A stretch of DNA of 19,283 nt from Candidatus Thorarchaeota archaeon (GTDB taxonomy: Archaea > Asgardarchaeota > Thorarchaeia > Thorarchaeales > Thorarchaeaceae): contig JAOUFI010000039.1 in NCBI GenBank assembly GCA_029858305.1, positions 1 to 19,283 of the forward strand, read 5' to 3'. Positions 15,729 to 19,283 of this stretch are shown piece after piece; within the stretch, counting starts at the first letter, position 1; every line of letters begins with the position of its first letter. The notes under the pieces are model-generated. The model was given only the letters and a program-made list of their open reading frames with translations, was not told the origin of the DNA and made no database searches. Position numbers and translations under genes: made by a program.

Positions 15729-15810
15729 ATGATATCACCTGAAGAGTTGTTTGTAAACACATAATACAGTGATGGCTAAATGAATAGTGCTGTTGGTACT
15801 CACTGAGTAA

Positions 15811-15887
15811 TACCTACTCTTTTTTCCACATGTTCCACAGGTTCCAATTGAAGTCCAATGGAACTTACCTCAACTTCTTATGGAAGT
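15811..15887. promoter_or_regulatory. Cluster of ORB/mini-ORB-like Orc1/Cdc6 binding sites (candidate oriC or cdc6 autoregulatory region)
   Basis: TTCCA at 15824, 15833 and 15842; GTTCCAATTGAA 15841-15852; GTCCAATGGAAC 15853-15864; ACTTCTTATGGAAGT 15873-15887. These resemble the TTCCAnTGGAA ORB core and lie directly upstream of cdc6. Confidence 0.6.
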
Positions 15888-15945
15888 GTTTAAGAGTCAG
15901 AATTGTAGGTTTCATACCTTAAGTTATAGATAGGAGTATTGTGGG

Positions 15946-17193
15946 ATGGAAAAACCTCTCGATAAACTGTTTGACAAGTTCTTGCAAGGTCAAGATATTT
16001 TCAAGGATAGAACTGCTTTAAGAGCTACATATGTACCAGAGAGTCTTCCATATAGGGATGATCAGATGAATAAAATTGGGTCCATCCTTGGACCTGCGCT
16101 ACGAGGTGCCCCACCATCCAACATTCTCTGCTATGGTAAGACTGGTACCGGCAAGACTGTTGTTGCTCGATATGTACTGGACTTGTTGGTGAAAAAGGCA
16201 AAGGAAAGTAGGCTTACTCCTCCTTTAACTGCACTAATAAATTGCAGAATTGTTGGAACAAATTATAGAGTGCTTCGACAGCTATGTGATGCAATTAATG
16301 CAACAATGCCTGATGGGTCTGATGTCCCATTTACAGGACTGCCAACTGATGAAATAAGATCAATCTTCAAGAAGGAACTTGATTCAGAACAGAATATTAT
16401 GGTAGTAGTGCTGGATGAAGTGGACTATCTTGTGAAACGGGATGTCAGTCAGGGCAATGACATTCTATATGGATTAACTCGGATGAATAGCGAACTTGAT
16501 AGAAGTCGAATATCGATAATAGGAATAAGTAACGACCTGACTTTCAAGGAGATGCTCGATCCCAGAGTACTTTCCACTCTTGGCGAGGAGGAGGTTATTT
16601 TTGCCCCCTATAATGCTGTTGAACTGAGGGGTATTCTGCAACAGCGTGTAGAGATTGCCTTCAATAAAGATGCAATTGCAGACGAGGGTGTCATTAATCT
16701 TGTTGGTGCGCTAGCTGCACAAGAACATGGGGATGCACGTCGTGCACTTGATCTATTAAGAACTGCAGGCGAACTGGCCGAGCGGAAAGGACATGTGAAG
16801 GTCAGTCAAGAGCATGTAAGGGATGCTCAGAAAGTAATTGAGAGAGATACAATAACTGAAGCTGTAAAGACATTACCAATGCAATCAAAGGCCGTATTGT
16901 TTGCAGTGTACGCTCTGGCGGATAAGGGGCAAAATGACATCGTCACAGGAGAGTGTTTCAATGTATATTCGGACATTGCCAAGACCCTTTCTCTAGACAT
17001 ACTGACACAGAGGCGTGTTTCTGACTTAATCTCAGAGCTGGATATGCTTGGTCTTATCAATACAACAGTGATTTCGAAGGGTCGTTATGGCCGTACAAAG
17101 AAAATCAAGCTAGCTGTGAGTAAAAAGCAGATTGGTACCATTCTTGATGACGATATTAGACTCAGCAAGGCAGCGAAGGACATTCTAAGGTAG
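15946..17193 (+). CDS. cdc6: Orc1/Cdc6 replication initiator
   Basis: Walker A GKTGTGKT, Walker B VLDEVD, GDARRALDLLR, and WH domain TQRRVSDLISELDMLGLI...SKGRYGRT; SD AGGAG. Confidence 0.98.
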   Translation: MEKPLDKLFDKFLQGQDIFKDRTALRATYVPESLPYRDDQMNKIGSILGPALRGAPPSNILCYGKTGTGKTVVARYVLDLLVKKAKESRLTPPLTALINCRIVGTNYRVLRQLCDAINATMPDGSDVPFTGLPTDEIRSIFKKELDSEQNIMVVVLDEVDYLVKRDVSQGNDILYGLTRMNSELDRSRISIIGISNDLTFKEMLDPRVLSTLGEEEVIFAPYNAVELRGILQQRVEIAFNKDAIADEGVINLVGALAAQEHGDARRALDLLRTAGELAERKGHVKVSQEHVRDAQKVIERDTITEAVKTLPMQSKAVLFAVYALADKGQNDIVTGECFNVYSDIAKTLSLDILTQRRVSDLISELDMLGLINTTVISKGRYGRTKKIKLAVSKKQIGTILDDDIRLSKAAKDILR

Positions 17194-17200
17194 CTAGGTA

Positions 17201-18808
17201 CTATTTCGACATATCATAGAAGAATTTTACATCCGGAATACCAGTCTGGAGATTCATAAAGGTGACAATTCCGGGAGTCGGTACAACACCTTGCTTACGC
17301 ATAAAATCAGTCTGTGATTGAAAGGTACCCGAATTTATTATTTGTACACCGCGGTAATTGTCAACGGCATTATGATGTGCATGCCCGAAATGAACAACAT
17401 CAGGAGGTGTATCAATGACCATCCAGTCACGATGCAGGGGGGCTAGTTCTGTTTTGCCGCCATATATTGGAGCGAGATGACGCTTTTTCAGTAGTTCTAT
17501 CATAGATATGGCAGGTTCTGTATAAGATGCTCGGGGTAGTGTAGTCACTAGATCATCCATACTATCGCCATGATTCATCAATATTCTAACATCCTCTACA
17601 AGAACTTGGCTGGGATCGCCAAGCATCACGACATTCTCGATCTTGTAGAGCGGTTCTGCAAATTCTCTCGGTATGGGTGGTTTAGGAAGGGCTTGTCGAC
17701 ATGCATCATGATTACCTGGTATACAGAAGATCTTAATCCTCTTTGGGATTTTCTTTAGTTTTTCTGCAATTGTAGCATACTGATCATAGAGACTTGATAC
17801 CTTAAGGTGCTCCCGCTGGCTGGGATAGACACTGATACCATCAACTAGGTCTCCTGCAATGAAGAGATATTTCGTCTTCTCCATCATATTCTTATCAGAG
17901 GTATCAACATCACGTCCGCTCAACCATGCTATGAATCGATCTAATTCGTCTTCCAAGAATTCCTGACTGCCACAGTGCAAGTCTGAAATGAATGCAGCAT
18001 AGACTTCTTTCTTTGCACGACCGACTTGACGCACAGTCGGGATATCAGGAAAGAGAACATCATCAGCAATCATCCGTTCACTGTTATCAACATAACCTGA
18101 GATACACACTATCTCATCTAATAGTAACGAATTTGCTTTCTCAGAGAGATCCTGACCTTTCGGACCTCGAAGTGCTGAAGGAATTACACAGATTATCGAG
18201 TCTTCATGGCCCTCTAAATCAATAATGATATTTCGTTGGCTTGAGATACTCTTGTTTCTGATTATACCAAGTACAACTTGGCTCGGTGGTCGTTGTCTGC
18301 GCCCGCCTTCATTATTCTGTAAAGAACCTGGTTTCACCGGACTTTTCCGCTGTTTAGCAATATCTGGAGTGACCGCGTTTTGTGTGTCTATACGGCCCAT
18401 GTAGATTTTCTTGATTCGAGCATATCGGTCTCGAAACAGTTCAAGAAAGTCCTCAATGATACCCTCAGATCCTACTGAATTCTGGTCCGGATTCTTTTCG
18501 ATTCTATAATGCCAATCAGTATCACTAATTTGAGATTCAGCGACCAAGGGGGGTAGATTAGGTTCTTGTTCATTTTCTGATGCAGATTTGAAAAAGGGAG
18601 CTTCGACGGTCTTTCCTTCGATTAATAACTCAACGTACTCTCTTGTGAGAACAGACGAACTATCAATTGACACATTGGACAGGATGACAGAATTGACAAT
18701 CTCCAAAGGAGCATCGAGATTTAGTATATAGTCTAAAGCATCAGGTGTTATCTGAAATCCAGATTTGATAAGAATTGCCAATACATTTCGACGCTCTGTT
18801 GATGTCAA
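17201..18808 (-). CDS. polB: DNA polymerase D small subunit DP1 (proofreading exonuclease)
   Basis: FRDRY, OB fold, and calcineurin-like phosphoesterase motifs ISDLHCGS, AGDLVDG, PGNHDA, HGDS, KRHLAPIYG, FGHAH, NSGTFQSQTDF. TTG start with SD GGTGG. Confidence 0.96.
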   Translation of the reverse strand: MTSTERRNVLAILIKSGFQITPDALDYILNLDAPLEIVNSVILSNVSIDSSSVLTREYVELLIEGKTVEAPFFKSASENEQEPNLPPLVAESQISDTDWHYRIEKNPDQNSVGSEGIIEDFLELFRDRYARIKKIYMGRIDTQNAVTPDIAKQRKSPVKPGSLQNNEGGRRQRPPSQVVLGIIRNKSISSQRNIIIDLEGHEDSIICVIPSALRGPKGQDLSEKANSLLLDEIVCISGYVDNSERMIADDVLFPDIPTVRQVGRAKKEVYAAFISDLHCGSQEFLEDELDRFIAWLSGRDVDTSDKNMMEKTKYLFIAGDLVDGISVYPSQREHLKVSSLYDQYATIAEKLKKIPKRIKIFCIPGNHDACRQALPKPPIPREFAEPLYKIENVVMLGDPSQVLVEDVRILMNHGDSMDDLVTTLPRASYTEPAISMIELLKKRHLAPIYGGKTELAPLHRDWMVIDTPPDVVHFGHAHHNAVDNYRGVQIINSGTFQSQTDFMRKQGVVPTPGIVTFMNLQTGIPDVKFFYDMSK

Positions 18809-18839
18809 GTAGCCACCAATTGAGAAGTGTTGAATTCCT

Positions 18840-18848
18840 GTTTTAAAC
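18840..18848 (-). promoter_or_regulatory. Putative TATA box for DP1 in the divergent intergenic region
   Basis: Minus-strand TTTAAAA about 33-39 bp upstream of the DP1 start. Confidence 0.4.
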
Positions 18849-18935
18849 GTCTGCCCCTTGCGAGCCTGCGGGAAATGTAATAAGCGCGCCTTTCACATCT
18901 CAGTTATTGTTTGTTATCGTAAATAGGTGATACTA

Positions 18936-19283
18936 ATGGTTTACATCAGAAAGCTGCAGCAAACTGGAGGGAAAACCGGCAGCTCGTACCTTGTAATCCT
19001 ACCGAAGGATTGGGTTGATAGTCAGAGTCTAAGTAAAGGAGATCCTGTTGTTCTTATTCAACGTGAAGATGGTTGTTTGATTGTAGACCCAAGGCTTCCA
19101 AAAGCTGGAGAAACACGATCCACAACGATGCAGATTGAGCAGAATCTTCGCTGGGAGATAACGAGTAGGTATTTGCTGGGTTTTGATGAGATTCGGATAG
19201 TGAGTAAAGAACCAATTACAAATACCCAAAGAAATCAGTTGGAGAGAGTGATTAAGAGATTTGTTGCACTAGAAGTAACAGAG
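18936..19283 (+). CDS. phoU: Archaeal phosphate uptake regulator, AbrB-type DNA-binding domain plus PhoU family; partial, runs off the window end
   Basis: Not in the ORF track. ATG at 18936 with SD AGGTGA at 18925-18930 gives MVYIRKLQQTGGKTGSSYLVILPKDWVDSQSLSKGDPVVLIQREDGCLIVDP...RWEITSRYLLGFDEIRI...FVALEVTE. RKLQxTG...SY.V.LPK.W and YLxGxDxI are typical of archaeal AbrB-PhoU proteins; the PhoU domains themselves lie outside the window. Confidence 0.85.
   Translation, partial: MVYIRKLQQTGGKTGSSYLVILPKDWVDSQSLSKGDPVVLIQREDGCLIVDPRLPKAGETRSTTMQIEQNLRWEITSRYLLGFDEIRIVSKEPITNTQRNQLERVIKRFVALEVTE

Noticed and set aside
12688-15732. Plus-strand ORFs such as 12688..13113, 13183..13542, 14618..14884 and 15433..15732
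   Set aside because: They are antisense to well-supported conserved genes and have no recognisable features.
15824-15864. TTCCA repeats as a CRISPR remnant
   Set aside because: The 9-bp period leaves no spacers and no cas genes are present; an ORB-like interpretation next to cdc6 is simpler.
19029-19229. Minus-strand 66-aa ORF
   Set aside because: It is antisense to the AbrB-PhoU gene starting at 18936.

Overview
Archaeal chromosomal window. SD motifs (GGTGA/GGAGG), TATA-like boxes and gene content point to an archaeon; an Asgard/Thorarchaeia-like lineage is my impression, not proven. The right two-thirds is a replication/transcription hub: a minus-strand run of METTL5-like methylase, csl4, rpoL, archaeal RNase III-like gene, tfs, rpa3, pcn, priS and gins51. 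It is divergent from cdc6/orc1, with ORB-like TTCCA/TGGAA repeats between them, and is followed by a convergent PolD small subunit (DP1) and a partial AbrB-PhoU regulator. The left third holds a tightly coupled redox operon: hdrC, hdrB, a short hdrA, an hdrA-mvhD fusion, and an unusual ~754-aa protein with helical bundles, two winged-HTH repeats and a split 2[4Fe-4S] ferredoxin. An acyl-CoA dehydrogenase and a partial Fpg/Nei glycosylase (missed by the ORF track) follow. The best candidate for an undescribed system is this hydrogenase-less QmoAB/HdrBC-like complex, which has altered flavin-pocket residues and a putative redox-sensing DNA-binding Fe-S partner. No mobile element, CRISPR, tRNA or rRNA was recognised.
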